From Geosiphon pyriformis uo1 (taxonomy: Eukaryota > Fungi > Glomeromycota): a DNA stretch of 64,000 nt. Below the pieces are notes generated by a model. The model searched no databases. It had not been told where the DNA came from and worked only from the letters and a program-made list of their open reading frames with translations. A program made the translations under genes and the position numbers. The DNA lies in assembly GCA_016748015.1 (NCBI GenBank), contig JAAOMT010000239.1, positions 683,864 through 747,863 of the forward strand, given 5' to 3'. Positions 24,068 to 37,289 of the stretch are shown in pieces. Position 1 is the stretch's first letter. Each line of letters opens with the position of its first letter.

Positions 24068-25336
24068 ATGGAAAACAAAGAAATTAAAAGAACGACTCGT
24101 CCAGAGGCTCATGATTGCAATGAATGTCAACAGTGTCAACGGTTTATTGAATATACTGGTAATTTTTGTAAAGCATGCCAGTTCATGTTTTTCAAAAAAC
24201 ATTATAAAGACTTTTCAAGTGGCAATGAAGAAGTTGATAAAATAATTAAGAATCCAATCTATATTCAATATGATCAATCTGATAATTATGGTGAATTGAA
24301 TTACTATGAATGGATTCCATGGGAGCATTTGTCGAATATCAACGAAATTGCTAGAGGAGGGTTTGGGATAATTTATAAAGCAACCCTAATTGATGGATTA
24401 ATTTATTCAGCAAGTATAAAACATTATGGTTCAATGGAATATAAAACATATAACAAAGGGATGCAAGTAGCAATAAAAATAATAAAAAAGAACAGTTCAG
24501 AAGTGTTTAAAGAGGTAACAAACTATTTATATTTATATATTAATTTAATTCACATTTACCTATTATTTATTTACTATATATATTATCTATTTACTTAATC
24601 TTTTTTTCACTGTGTTTTGATAGTTAAATATTCAAAGAGCTATATTTATTAATAACAGTGAAGAGTTGTATAATATCTCTAAAATATTGGGGATTACGCA
24701 AAACGCTGAAACACTCGAGTATGGAATTGTGATGAAGTTTGCCAGACATGGAGATATGCGAAAATATTTGTCAACAAATTTTCATTATACGAGTTGGTCT
24801 AATAAATTTGAGATCGCGATCCGTATAGCTTCTGGACTTGATTCAATTCATTCTTCTGGTATGGTTCATCGTGATCTACATTCGGGCAACATCCTACAAT
24901 TTGATAAACACTTGGTAAATATTGGAGACCTCGGATTATGTCAAACTACAAACCATGAAGCAACAACAACAACAATAACAACAGAGGAAAAAAAGATATT
25001 TGGAGTGATTCCATATATTCCACCAGAAGTTTTAAGAGGAGAAAAGTTTACAACAGCTGGTGATATTTATAGTCTAGGAATGTTATTATGGGAATTATCA
25101 ACAGGAAAACCTCCTTTTCATGATTGTCCTCATGACGAAATCCTTATAATGGCTATTTTAAATGGTCAAAGACCTAATATTACCTCCCCATTTATTCCAC
25201 CTCCAATTGCTAAACTCATTAAAANNNNNNNNNNNNNNNNNNNNNNNNNNNNNNNNNNNNNNNNNNNNNNNNNTTTCTTTTTAAAGAATTAGTCTATTTG
25301 CCTGAGAGTAAAAAAGTTGAAGAAAATTTTGAATGA
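24068..25336 (+). CDS. Tyrosine-kinase-like protein kinase, paralogue 1 (interrupted by assembly gap)
   Basis: Cys-rich N-terminus, SSGN..D, EWIP, GGFG, VAIK, HRDLHSGNIL, GDLG, GVIPYIPPE. Intron ~24515-24623. N gap 25224-25273. Last mini-exon matches the paralogue at 51904-51947. Confidence 0.85.
25224..25273. other. Assembly gap (50 N)
   Basis: Run of n. Confidence 1.
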
Positions 25337-25684
25337 ATTTTCAATGTGTAATCGTTTAAATGAGTTTAAATAGATTTAATCTTTTTAATTATAAATCAAT
25401 CATAATTAGATTAGAATTATATTTTATATTTAGCAAAATTATCTTTTATTAATAAAATTTAAATATATAAATGTAACATACTTTTATTTTCCATTTTACC
25501 GTTTTAAAAAAAAATTTATAATTATCTTTTAATATTTATAATATTAATTAAAATATTTAACTATTTTGTTTTATATTATTCGTGATAAATTAAATTAAAT
25601 TAAATTAAATTAATTAATTAATTAAAATCAAAATAATCAATAATTAAAGCGCAAACAATAATAATAAATAAATAATTACTACAG

Positions 25685-26400
25685 TGGGAGCGAAAGACTT
25701 GTAGCAGACATCCTTATCTCATACTCCTTTATTCCTATATTCTTGTAAGCATTTCTGCCAATACTAACCCTTTTATTGTTATAGATCTAGTGGCTTTTTC
25801 GGCTGGTGTTTCTAGCAGTGGAGAGACTGGTGTGGGGTCTTGTTCTGTTGTTAAAAAGAATCAATTTTTGCCTATATTTATCTATGACAACGCGGACAAG
25901 AAGGCCAGAAAGCTCAGTATAACTGCTACCATGGTTGACACTTCTGCTGGCCTCCTGTATTTTGGTACTTTAGGTGATGGTAAACACATTTTACATCAGT
26001 CCTGGAGAAATGAAGTGGGCAGTGTGAGCAAAGCTTCAGAAGTCGAGGAATTAGAAAATTTAATAATTAAGGAAACTCACTATGCTGATTTGGATGACTT
26101 GGAGGGTGATAAAGATATGAATGATGTGACATCATGATGCATTCGAACTACTACTTATAATTTAATCAAATTACCACCTGTATTTGTTATTGATAGTATA
26201 TGTGATAACGAAGTTCTGGATCTTTTTTCGCTGATTTCAGTTGCAAAAGATGGCCAGATTCCTTTGCTGGTAAAAGAAAAAAGAGTTTTTAGTCCAGCTA
26301 AGTCATTTACTCTAAATATTGACATGTTAGCTGTTCCTGAAAAAAATTTATAGAAGGAAAAACCAGCTCGTTAACTGGTCTGTTATTAAAAACTTTTGGG
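25685..26400 (+). mobile_element. Relic of a LINE ORF1 5' region (second family)
   Basis: ORF 25790-26137 and downstream SFTLNIDMLAVPEK resemble KFFTLDINFLAIEGK in ORF1 of the full-length LINE; interrupted by stops. Confidence 0.5.
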
Positions 26401-27589
26401 CTCTTGGATGAAATGAAGACAATACTAGGATTAACCCAAATATGTTTCTTTGAAAAAACTTTGACTGATGAAAAACAAGCCAAAAATAGAAAAAATACTT
26501 TAGTGGTCATCAAAGGCAGCTTTTTATTATTACTAGTCATAAAAAAAGCTTCTAAAACATTCTGTCTAGCTGTTTTTACAACAGAAAGAACTTTTCTGGT
26601 TAAAACTTTGTAAAAAGATACCAGTTACAGCATTTTTATTCTTTGCTTTAGTTGTGATCATAAAATTAAGAAGGTAAGGAGTTTAAATTTAACAAATATA
26701 TTATTATTATGTAAATTATACACAAATTACATATAATAAATTATTTAAATTAATTAAAATTATTTTATTTTACTATAATAAACTTTTTATTTAATATTAA
26801 ATTTAAAAAATCTTTATTAAAAATATTTTTATTATTTAAAATAATTTATATATACTTATAATACACAAATAAGTTAATTATATACTATATATTTTTCAAT
26901 AAATTTTATTTTTGTTTATATTTTTTATTATTTTAATATTATTATTCTTTAATATTATATTTAATTATTTATATTAATTTGTGTTTTTACAATTAATATT
27001 TAAATTTTTTATAATATATAATATATAATTTTTTATTAATACAATAATTTTTGTAATAATTATTTGGTATTTTTTAAATATTATAATTATAATTACATAT
27101 TAATTTTTACATATAATAGTTTTTATTAAAATTATATATATTTTTTTTAAATTATTATTGATTTTTTCAATTATATTTAATATATTTTTATAAATATATT
27201 AAATAAAATAAAATTTAGAAAATAATATTTTATTTCTTAAAAATAATATTACATTATTTATTAATTTTATTAAAAATAAATTAAAAAATTTTTAATTTTA
27301 ATTAAAACACAAAGCACAAAATATTTTTTATCATAAAATAATTAAATAATTTAGTTTTAAATTTTAATTTACCAAATAACAATTAAATTGCCACAAAAAA
27401 AAAACTTAATTTAATTATATGATTTTAAAATTACAAAAAATTATGTTTAAGTAAGAATTATTACTACTTAAATACTTAAAAATTTTGCTTTATAATAATT
27501 AAATAACAGTTAAACAAAATATTATAATTTTTTTTTAATATTATAAATATTAACAACTTTTAATTGTTTTAAAAACATTATTTTTTTTA

Positions 27590-27624
<35 letters not shown>

Positions 27625-27628
<4 letters not shown>

Positions 27629-28140
27629 TTATTTTACAAGTAAGATCTAACTTTTATGTACTACAATACAATAAAAATATGATCTAAAATAAAAGTCATT
27701 TATATATTTTTATATGTAATTAACTATTTAATTAATTAAAACTATATTGTATACTTAATACAACTCTAACATCTATAACCAAATCTAAAAAAAAAAAACA
27801 AATAGGCTTTTTTAAAACCAAAACCAATTAAATGGCTTTTTAAGCACATCTAATTTCTAAACAATTATTTTGAAAACAACAATTACAGAACTCCAAGCCC
27901 AATCATTTATTTCTTAAACTTTTAAAAAATGACGTTATTTACGAAATTATTATTAGCTAATAGCCTTAATAGTTAAACAGGTTTTAATTTTAGTTAAAGC
28001 ACAATAACGCCAATACAGAATAGAAAAGCTATCTTTTAACTAAAAGAATTAATCAAATTCTATTTGTGCAATAACTAAACGATTTAGTTTTCATACCTTG
28101 ACAAAATATAGTTGAGTTGAAAACTCCACATGGAATACGT
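27625..28140 (-). mobile_element. Highly decayed LINE 3'-end relic
   Basis: 27750-27830 resembles 55690-55770 (ORF2 C-terminus of the LINE); adjacent (TTA)n/T-rich tail. Confidence 0.4.
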
Positions 28141-28911
28141 GATCTTATAAATTCAATTAAAAAGAATTAAAAAACATATTAAAAGTTTTAATAAAATCAC
28201 TTAATTAAAAGTGGTTATTTAATTTAAAATTATTATTTTGCAATCGGAAAAAAAAGTTTCAATTTAAATAAAGCTGTTTTTTTTGTTTTATTAATAATGT
28301 TTAAAATTAACTTAATATTTTATAATAATGTAAAATTGTTTATTTTTGTTAATTTTATTAAAATAATTAAATATAATTTACATATTTTGTATTTTTTCTA
28401 ATTAATTTTTTTTGTTTTTATAGTTATTTTAATTATTTAATAAAATATAAATTTTTTCGGTTACAATATTTTACAATATAATACATTAAATACCTAAATA
28501 TTTATATATGCATAAAATCAAACCAAAAAAACATAATTATTAACTAAATAACTTTGTTAGTATTTTTAAATTTTTTGTTATTTTGTTTAAATACATTTTT
28601 AACTATTTTTCAAATACTATTTTATTTTTTTATTTTTTTATTTCACAATTAAAACAGTATTACAATACCAATTATTAATATTTAATTTAAATTTATTTTT
28701 AATAATAAATTAATTATTTTGAAGTTTAAATTCATTTAAACATAATAAATAATAAAATAAATAAAATACATAAAATTCATTCGAAAATTTATTCAACTTC
28801 GTTATTTTCAGGCAAATAGATTAATTCTTTTAAAAAGCAAAATAAAAAGCAAAAAGTTTAGCATATTCAATTTAACTAATAACCTAATCAGTCATTTTGA
28901 AATTAAATGAA

Positions 28912-30323
28912 CTAACCTTTAGAAAAATGAATCATTTGAGCAGTTAAAGGACGACTTGTATAAACTGCTCCTGTATGAATTATTTTCTTATCGTGTTTCA
29001 TAGTCTTTTTAAGGGGTTGAATGCTTTTTGAAAATTTTATTGTCCTAAAGTATATCCATCTTTTAAATATATTATTATACAAATTTCCAAGTTTTCCCGA
29101 CTTCTTCCAAATTTCTTCAGCAGTAGGACGATTCTTAGAATTAGCATCCCAACACTTTTTAATGAGTTTACCGATAGAAGGTGGAATAAGGGGTGAGGTA
29201 ATATTAGGTCTTTGACCATTTAAAATAGCCATTATAAGGATTTCGTCATGAGGATAATCATGAAAGGGAGGTTTTCCTGTTGCTAATTCCCATAATATCA
29301 TGGCAAAACTATAAATATCACCCGATGTCGTAAACTTTTCTCCTCTTAAGACTTCTGGTGGAATGTATGGAATCACTCCATATATCTTTTTTTCCTTCGT
29401 TGCTTTTCCTGTTGTTGTTGCTTCATTGTTTGTAGGTTGGCATAATCCGAGGTCTCCAATTTGTACCGTTCGTGAATAATATATTAGGATGTTGCCCGAA
29501 TGTAGGTCACGATGAACCATACCAAAAGAATGAATCATACTAAGTCCCCAAGCTATACGTTGCGCGATCACTAATTTATCTTTCCAACTCATATAATGAA
29601 AATTTGTTGATAAATGCTTCCGCATGTCTCCATATCGAGCAAGGTGTATCACAATTCCATATTCAAATGTTTCAGTGTTTTGGGTAATTCCGTATATTTT
29701 AGATATATTGTATAGGAAATCGCTATCGTTATTATTGAACATGGTTCTTTGAATATTTAACTATCAAAAAGCGAAAGAATGATAAATAGATAATCAGATT
29801 AAGCATATAAATATAATAAAAATAAACAAGAATGAACCCTTCAAAATAATAATAATAATAATTTGATTACCTCTTTAAAGACTTCGTTACTATTCTTTGA
29901 AGATGATTTCATAAATTTTATTGCTACTTCCATCCCTTTTCCCCATGTTTCATATTCAATTGAACCATGATGTTTTATAATATCAAAACGAATAAATCCA
30001 TCAATAAAGGTTGCTTTATAAATTGTACCGAACCCTCCCTCTCCAATTTTGTTAATATCTGACAAACTCTCCCATGGAATCCATTCATAATAATTAACTT
30101 TACTAAAAGAATGTTCAGTAGGTGAAGTATAGATTGGATTCTTAATTATTTCATCAATTACTTTATTTCCGCTTGAAAAGTCTTTATAAAGTTTTTCAAA
30201 AAATAAGAATTTGCATGCTCCACACTTATTCACTACATTTCGAATGCTCTCTTGACATTCTTCACATAGGTTACAATCATGAGCAGCTTCTGGACGAGTT
30301 CTTTTAATTTCTTTCTTTTCCAT
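28912..30323 (-). CDS. Tyrosine-kinase-like protein kinase, paralogue 2
   Basis: ORFs 29841-30323 and 28912-29742 joined by an intron; all catalytic motifs present (GEGGFG, VAIK, HRDLHSGN, GDLG). Confidence 0.87.
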
Positions 30324-30489
30324 GGTTTGAGTAAATAAAATGGGAATGAATCTTTAATAGAATTAAAAATTTTGAAGCTTTTATTAATAGTAAGTTTAGA
30401 AACTTTAACACACAGCCATTTCCTGATAAGGAATAGGTTAAAACACGAAAGAATAAGTATGAATTTACTGTTTATTAATGATATTTTAC

Positions 30490-30745
30490 AGTTGGATTGT
30501 AACACATCGACCATTTACAAATAAAACACCTATTTCCTCCATAATCTCAGGAGAGGAACAGAGCTTCATCAAGCAATCTCAGGAAGAATTTCCTCCCAAG
30601 CGCTATTCTCATTTCTGTCAATTAGAATCCTGAAATTCCGGCATTGTACACTTTAGACCCTATAATCCTCTATGTTACCACACTAGCTATAATTCTTGGA
30701 TGACAACACAAAGACATTGTGGGAAAGGTAATGTGCTCAGCAGAA
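30490..30745. repeat. Dispersed repeat, copy 2
   Basis: Similarity to 15060-15330 and 43550-43860. Confidence 0.65.
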
Positions 30746-31800
30746 TATTTTCATAATTTGCTTAGTGACTAATGTTTCAAGATCAAAGATGTCATAAAAA
30801 TAACATCCACTGGAATCAATGTAATAGAAACCATTAAAACTAATTTTCTTCCAATAAAAACTATTCGTTAAAGAAAATCCTCCAGAAATATGTCTTTTAA
30901 TCTGCTGACATCATCATTGCCTATTGTTGAATTTGATCATCTTGTAGCTATGACGCTTTTTGATGAGTCATATCATATTTTAGACCATCTTACATATATA
31001 AAAAACTTATTTTTAGAATCAACGTCCTATTTGAAAATATTAATCATAGTCAGACATCCAAGTTAAGCCTAAATTAGGAAAAACAGTACAGAAACATATA
31101 ATTTTGGATTTATGCTTCGAGTGATTTTTAAGAACATATATCATTGCATTCGTAAAATATTACAACCCATTTAGAATTTAAAACGCGGTTCAAAATTCTC
31201 CCAGATAACAACCAAGGAAAATTTCATCAGAGTTCACTTTGTATTCTCACTCTAAAGCGTAAGTAAAATAGACTCAAGTGATATCAGAGAAATTGTTCAC
31301 CTGTACAAGTATATGGATGACCTTATTTAGAAAAAAGACAAACTGGCTGTCTTTATTTCAAAGCATAAGGAATACAGGGCCTGAAAACTCGACAAAGCAG
31401 CCCCCACATGAAAAGAATTGCGCATCTTTAGAGTAAGATCCACAGAAAGGCGATCATACTCTTCATTCGCGAATCTTCATCTCGCCACAATAGGTTTCTA
31501 TTTTAAATCAAAATCACAATAGGTTTCTATTCTTGATAAAATGACAAACAGGAAATATTAATTTCTATTCTTAATTCAGGAAAGTAATTTTATCGGGTAT
31601 TTTCAAAGAAACTTTTTTATTATTAGACCTTCTATTGGACAAATAACGTTTGATTAAACGTTTGAGTAATTTTGGAAAAATGTATTTAAAGACACCTTGA
31701 CCTTTTTCTTTTTGAGGTATCTGAGATTTTAAAGCCAGATATAACAGCTACTTTTAATTCCTTTGAATATTCTTTTTCTAAATTTAATTTATATTGTAAA

Positions 31801-33679
31801 ATGTCTTCTTTAATTCCTCTTCGTTAACTTGGTAAAACTGGTACCATGATTCCTGCCATTGGATTGGGTTGCATGGTTAATTCATTTTCATTTTCATTTT
31901 TGAATCTGAAATCAATTCGAGTACACACCATTTCTAAATAGGATTAATTATTTGATAATAGGGAATGAGCGAATTTTATGGAAGTGCTGATGATGCTCAA
32001 AGTCTCAAAGTGTTGAAATGTGCCATTGAATTGGGGTGCACTTTTTGGAACACTTCTGATATGTATGGAAAGGGACATAATGAGGTATGTACATATTATT
32101 AAAATGTTGAAATTTATTTAAAAAATAATGTGACCAATTATTATTTGGTAAATCTAGGAATTGATTGGCAAGGTACTCAAAGAACATCGAAATGAAGTGT
32201 TCATTGCAACCAAATTCGGTTTGTTTTTGAATTTTTTTTGATTGGGTTCTTCCATTTCAATTAGGATATTTCCGTTTTCAAATATTTTTTATTTTTGAAG
32301 GTGTTGTTCGTAACGAAATACACAATATCTATGGTACACCTTTTTTTTTTTGTTAACAAGGTCTTTTATTATATCAGCCAATATGGCCTTTTCATAAAGC
32401 CGACTCACCCAATAACCTAAATTACAAGAATCGGGTGACCATATCGATGGTACACCAGAATATGTTCGCGAAGCTTGTGAAAAGAGTTTGAAGAGATTAG
32501 GTGTTGATCAAATTGATCTTTATGTTCAGCATCGGGTTGATCCTCGAACGTAAATATATTAAATTTCGTAATTGCTAAAATTCAATCTCTTCCGTATATT
32601 CTATGAAAGTCTTGTATATCCAATTATTTTGCTTCAATTCCTGCATTTACATTTCTATATAGGCCAATCGAAGAGACTGTAAGGGCACTAGCAGAACTCG
32701 TGAAGGAAGGAAAAGTAAAATATATTGGATTATCTGAATGCAGCGCAGCTAATCTTCGTCGTGCTTACAAAGTTCATCCAATTGCAGCTCTTGAGGTAAA
32801 ATATCTGATTTTAGAATGGAGGAAAATAAGTTTTATTTCTTCATGATTTTTAACTTTCATCATTTAGATTGAATATAGCCCTTGGACTCTTGATATCGAA
32901 GAAAATGGAATCCTTGAAGCGTGTAGAGAATTAGGTGTCACGATTATAGCATATAGTCCATTGGGACGCGGGTTCTTAACTGTAAGTCAAGTTTTAGTTC
33001 ATTAAGACTCTTAACTCTTTTCTTTTAATCAGTTTGAATAACTTAAAATTTTGCACAAATGGCAGGGACAATATAAGTCAATAGAAGATTTTGCTCCAGA
33101 CGATTTCCGAAGAACAAATCCACGTTTTGAAGGTGAAAATTTCCAAAAAAATCTCGAACTCGTAAATCGATTTGAGACTTTAGCAAAGAAAAAAGGGATC
33201 TCAAACAGTGAACTATGTTTGGCTTGGGTTTTAGCTCAGGTATGAAAAATGGTTATTTGTTTCTCAAATTAGTGAAAAATATTGTTAAAAGTCTTGAATT
33301 TATTTTTACAGGGAGAGGAATTTGTGGTTATTCCGGGAACTAGGAACATCAAGTAAGTTTTTCTCGAGAATTGACTGTTTATTTGTTTATTTTAAGTTTC
33401 CTGAATCTTCTCAAACCTTTTGCCCTTATTATAATTCATCAAAAAAACTTCAGGCATCTTGAAGAGAATGTTGGAGCCGGAAAGGTACAATTAACACCTG
33501 AAGAAATTGCCGAAATTCGGGATGTGATTAATTCTATTAATATTTCTGGGGAACGATATCCTGATATTCTTTTGAAGGTAAACTTTTTTTGGGCATTGCT
33601 TGTTTCGTAAAATTCTGGTATTAATCGTAATGTATTCTTTTATATTTAAAACTTTTAGGCTCTCGATTCAAGAAATTAG
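31801..33679 (+). pseudogene. Aldo-keto reductase (YakC/AKR13-like), copy 1; stop at codon 9, possibly rescued by Met16
   Basis: [61 protein letters not shown]>TAA at 31825. Retro-insertion in exon 4. Confidence 0.8.
32341..32440 (-). mobile_element. 100-bp 5'-truncated retroposed insertion with poly(A) and 16-bp TSD
   Basis: Flanked by atatctatggtacacc (32325-32340) and atatcgatggtacacc (32441-32456). The minus strand ends in aataaa...aaaaaaaaaaa. Absent from the paralogue at ~45265-45310. Confidence 0.85.
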
Positions 33680-33794
33680 AATATTGAAATATAAATAAAA
33701 CTTTTTTATACTTGAATAGATTAGCCAATTGTAACTTTTCTTCTTGAAAACCTTCCAATTTCGTACCTTGGACGATTCTCCGTTTTTTTTAAAG

Positions 33795-34224
33795 ACTTTA
33801 TTACTATTTTTTGAAGATGTTTTTATAAATTTTATTGCTATTTATATCTCTTTTCTCCATGTTTCATATCCCATTAAATCATAATATTTTGTAACATCAA
33901 AACGAATAAATTCATCAATAAAGATTGCTTTATAAATTGTATTGAACTTTTTCTCTCCAATTTTGTTGATAATTGAAAAACTCTTCTATGTAATCCATTC
34001 ATAATAATTAACTTTACTATAAGAGTGTTCAATAGGTGGAGTATAGATTGAATTCGTAATTATTTTATTAACTACTTTGTTTCACTTGAAAGTTTTTCAA
34101 AAAATAAGAATTTGCATGCTCTACACTTATTCACTACATTTCGAATGATCTCTTGACATTTTTCACATAGGTTGCAATCATGAGCAGCTTCTGGACAAGT
34201 TCTTGTGAATTCCTCGTTTTCCAT
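33795..34224 (-). pseudogene. Kinase paralogue 3, exon-1-only decayed fragment
   Basis: Colinear with 29860-30323; many C>T/G>A changes, stops and a deletion. Confidence 0.85.
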
Positions 34225-34990
34225 GGTTTGAGTAAATAAAATGGGAATAAGTGTTTAGGAAAATGTTAATATAATTAAAATTTTTGAATTTTAAATGGGA
34301 GGAGTTATTTAAAAAGCTTTTATTAATATTAAGTTTAGAAACTTTAACACACAGCCGTTTCCTAATAAGGAATATATTAAAAAATGAAAGAATAAATCTT
34401 ACCTTTTTTTTTTACATGCTATTTTAAATTATCTTGTTTACATAAATTCATAAATTCATAAATTACCACTCCTTTTTAAATCACAAATAATTTTTTTAAT
34501 AATTAAACTTTTTTTAAACTAAAAAAATTCCATGAAAATAAACATGTTTTAATTTTAATTCAAATCAAATAAAATTTAATAAAAAACAAAAATAATATAT
34601 GTCAAATTTCAATTATTTTTATATATACTATTAATTAAAATTAGTTTTAATGTAAACTTTAATATTGTAAATTTAATAAAAAACTAATAAAAAAAATATA
34701 AAAAATTATTACACTTAATTTAATGTTTTAACTAAAATTTAATAAAACTAATTTTGTTTTTTAAAAATTTTTATTGAATTTTTTTTTTCATAAAAAAAAA
34801 ATTTCTTATTGATTTAAAACATATAATGTAATCTAATTGTTATTTAATATATATTTAATATATTTATGTCTTATATTAAATACAATTTATGTTTTTTCTA
34901 TATATATAATTAGCTATTTAAACCAAATAAAACTATATTATCTTATACTTAACTATTTGATATTATTATATAAAAACAAAACTATTATAA

Positions 34991-35023
<33 letters not shown>

Positions 35024-35240
35024 TAAATAATATACAAAATTTGTTAATTTATGTTTTTTTTTTTAATTTTTTTAACAAATATTTTATTTGAAATATTAAA
35101 TATATATATATATATTAATAATTAATTGTTAAAAAATAAATTAAGCTAAATTAAATATTTAATTATTTAAAATTTTAATAATAAGCTTTTTTGTAAATAT
35201 AAATATTTAATAATTAAATAAAAATTAACAAATATTGAAA

Positions 35241-35350
35241 TTTTTTTTTACATGCTTGTGATGTAGCCCAACTACAAATTATTGTCATACGAACTATTTT
35301 TTTGTATATATAGACATGGATCATGCACAAACCACACATGATCGCCATTT
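35241..35350 (-). mobile_element. Short LINE/SINE-like 3' end with poly(A)
   Basis: T-run followed by motifs (agcccaac; acatggatcatgca...cacatgatc) resembling the 3' UTR of the LINE at 55570-55670. Confidence 0.5.
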
Positions 35351-36140
35351 GATATGGAATTTATTAAATAATAAAAATTTTAAAAGCAAAAAAAATCAAT
35401 TATTAAAATTCACAATATAAAATATTAAATTTTTTTATTAAATTTTTTGTATAATATTATTAATTAATTAATTAATATTATTATAAATTTTGAATTAATT
35501 AACTAATTGTTTTAAAAATATATATTATAATTCAAAAAATTTTTGGCTTAAATTGAATTCTAAATATAATAAATAAGCATTATATTAATTTCAATTAATT
35601 ATATTTATGATTTAAAATTATAATCATGTTGAAAATTTTAATTGAAATTTAATTTTAAACTTTTAATTAGTTTTATTTATTTATTTATTTATTATATATA
35701 TTGATTTAAGTAAAACTACTTTAAAAATTCAAATTTATAATTAACTTCAATTTTTATTAAGAATTTTTTTGGTTACACGATTTAATCCAACTACTAACTA
35801 TTTTCTTACAACGTTATTATCCCTGAATTTTAAATATTAAATCTCAAATTAATAAAAAAATGGATTCTAATTAAATAATTCAAAAATAATAATTCAAAAA
35901 AGTAATAAAAATTAACTTAATAAAAAAATTAATTGCAAAAAAAAATTTTCTAAAAGCAAAAAATTACATAAAATTTACTAAATATTTATATTAAAAAAAT
36001 ACTATATTAGCAAAAAAAATTTAAATTTTCAAACAAAGCTTAATAAAAATTATACAATTATATAATTTAAATAGACCAAAATAAAAGCTTTAAAATAATA
36101 TATTAAATTATATAATAAATCTTTAATAATAATCAATGTA

Positions 36141-36372
36141 TTTTTTTTTATTTAACATGCTGTGACAAAGTGAGATCCTTCCACTACCTAAAACGTAAAA
36201 CACATGTGTCCTACATTAGGTGTGGATCATGCGCTTTCTTCACGTGACCAGCCACCCGGACTTACGTCAAGACCTCCCTAAGCACTAAACGAAAAATTAC
36301 CAGTCGCGTACAAACCACGCGCTACACGACCTAAAATATCTGCAACATCAGAAAAAATTCTTGACCCCTAGA
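36141..36372 (-). mobile_element. 5'-truncated LINE 3' end with poly(A)
   Basis: GC-richer island in AT desert; cacgtgaccagccacccg matches catgtaaccagccactcg in the LINE 3' UTR; T-run at left end. Confidence 0.55.
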
Positions 36373-36948
36373 TGAAATTAATGTTTTTTGATATTTTGTT
36401 AAATTATATTGTTTAAAGAAAACTAAAAAATAAAAACTGTTTCTTTGCAATACTGTTTTTTTTTGTTTATAAATTAATCTGTATTTATATTTATATTTAT
36501 ATAATAAATTATTTGCTATTTAATTTATTTAATGATTAGTATTAATTATTAATTAATATTATATAATATTAATATTAAACAAGTATTATAAGCATATTAT
36601 TGGGTTAAAAAAGAATTATAATATTATTATTTTTGAATTTAGAGTTGTATTAACATTGCAAATCTATTTTTAATATTTAATTATTAATTATTTTAAGATT
36701 TCTATATTAATTATGTGATGTTTATTTTAATAGTTTATTATTTTTACCAATTTCTTTTCAAATTATTTTGTTTTTTTGTAGTTTTTATCTATTTTTAAAT
36801 TTTATAGAATAATAGATTAAAAATAATATAAAGTTTTTATTTTAATAGGTTTTGAATGTTATTATTAAAATTAAACTTGTTAAATTACTTTTTTTATTAC
36901 ATTTAAAAATGCCAAACAAAATTAATTTTTTTGTTAAATGTTTTTGTA

Positions 36949-36984
<36 letters not shown>

Positions 36985-37289
36985 TTTAATGCTATTATAA
37001 CACATTAAGATAAAAAAAAATTTTATGGTCTGTAAAACAAAAAGTGTTTAATATATTAAATTTTAAAAAAAGTGTATTTGTTGTAAAAAAGTTTTGATTA
37101 GCTAATTACATGTAAAAAATGTATTATTTACATTTATTAACACAAAAAAGCAATAAAAAAATCAAGAAATTAATTATAAATTTATTACAAGTTTAAACTT
37201 TAAAAAATTTTTATACAAATAATAAAATATACTCTATTATAAAAAGATCAACTAATTAGAATAAAAGTTTATTAATTATAAATTAAAAG

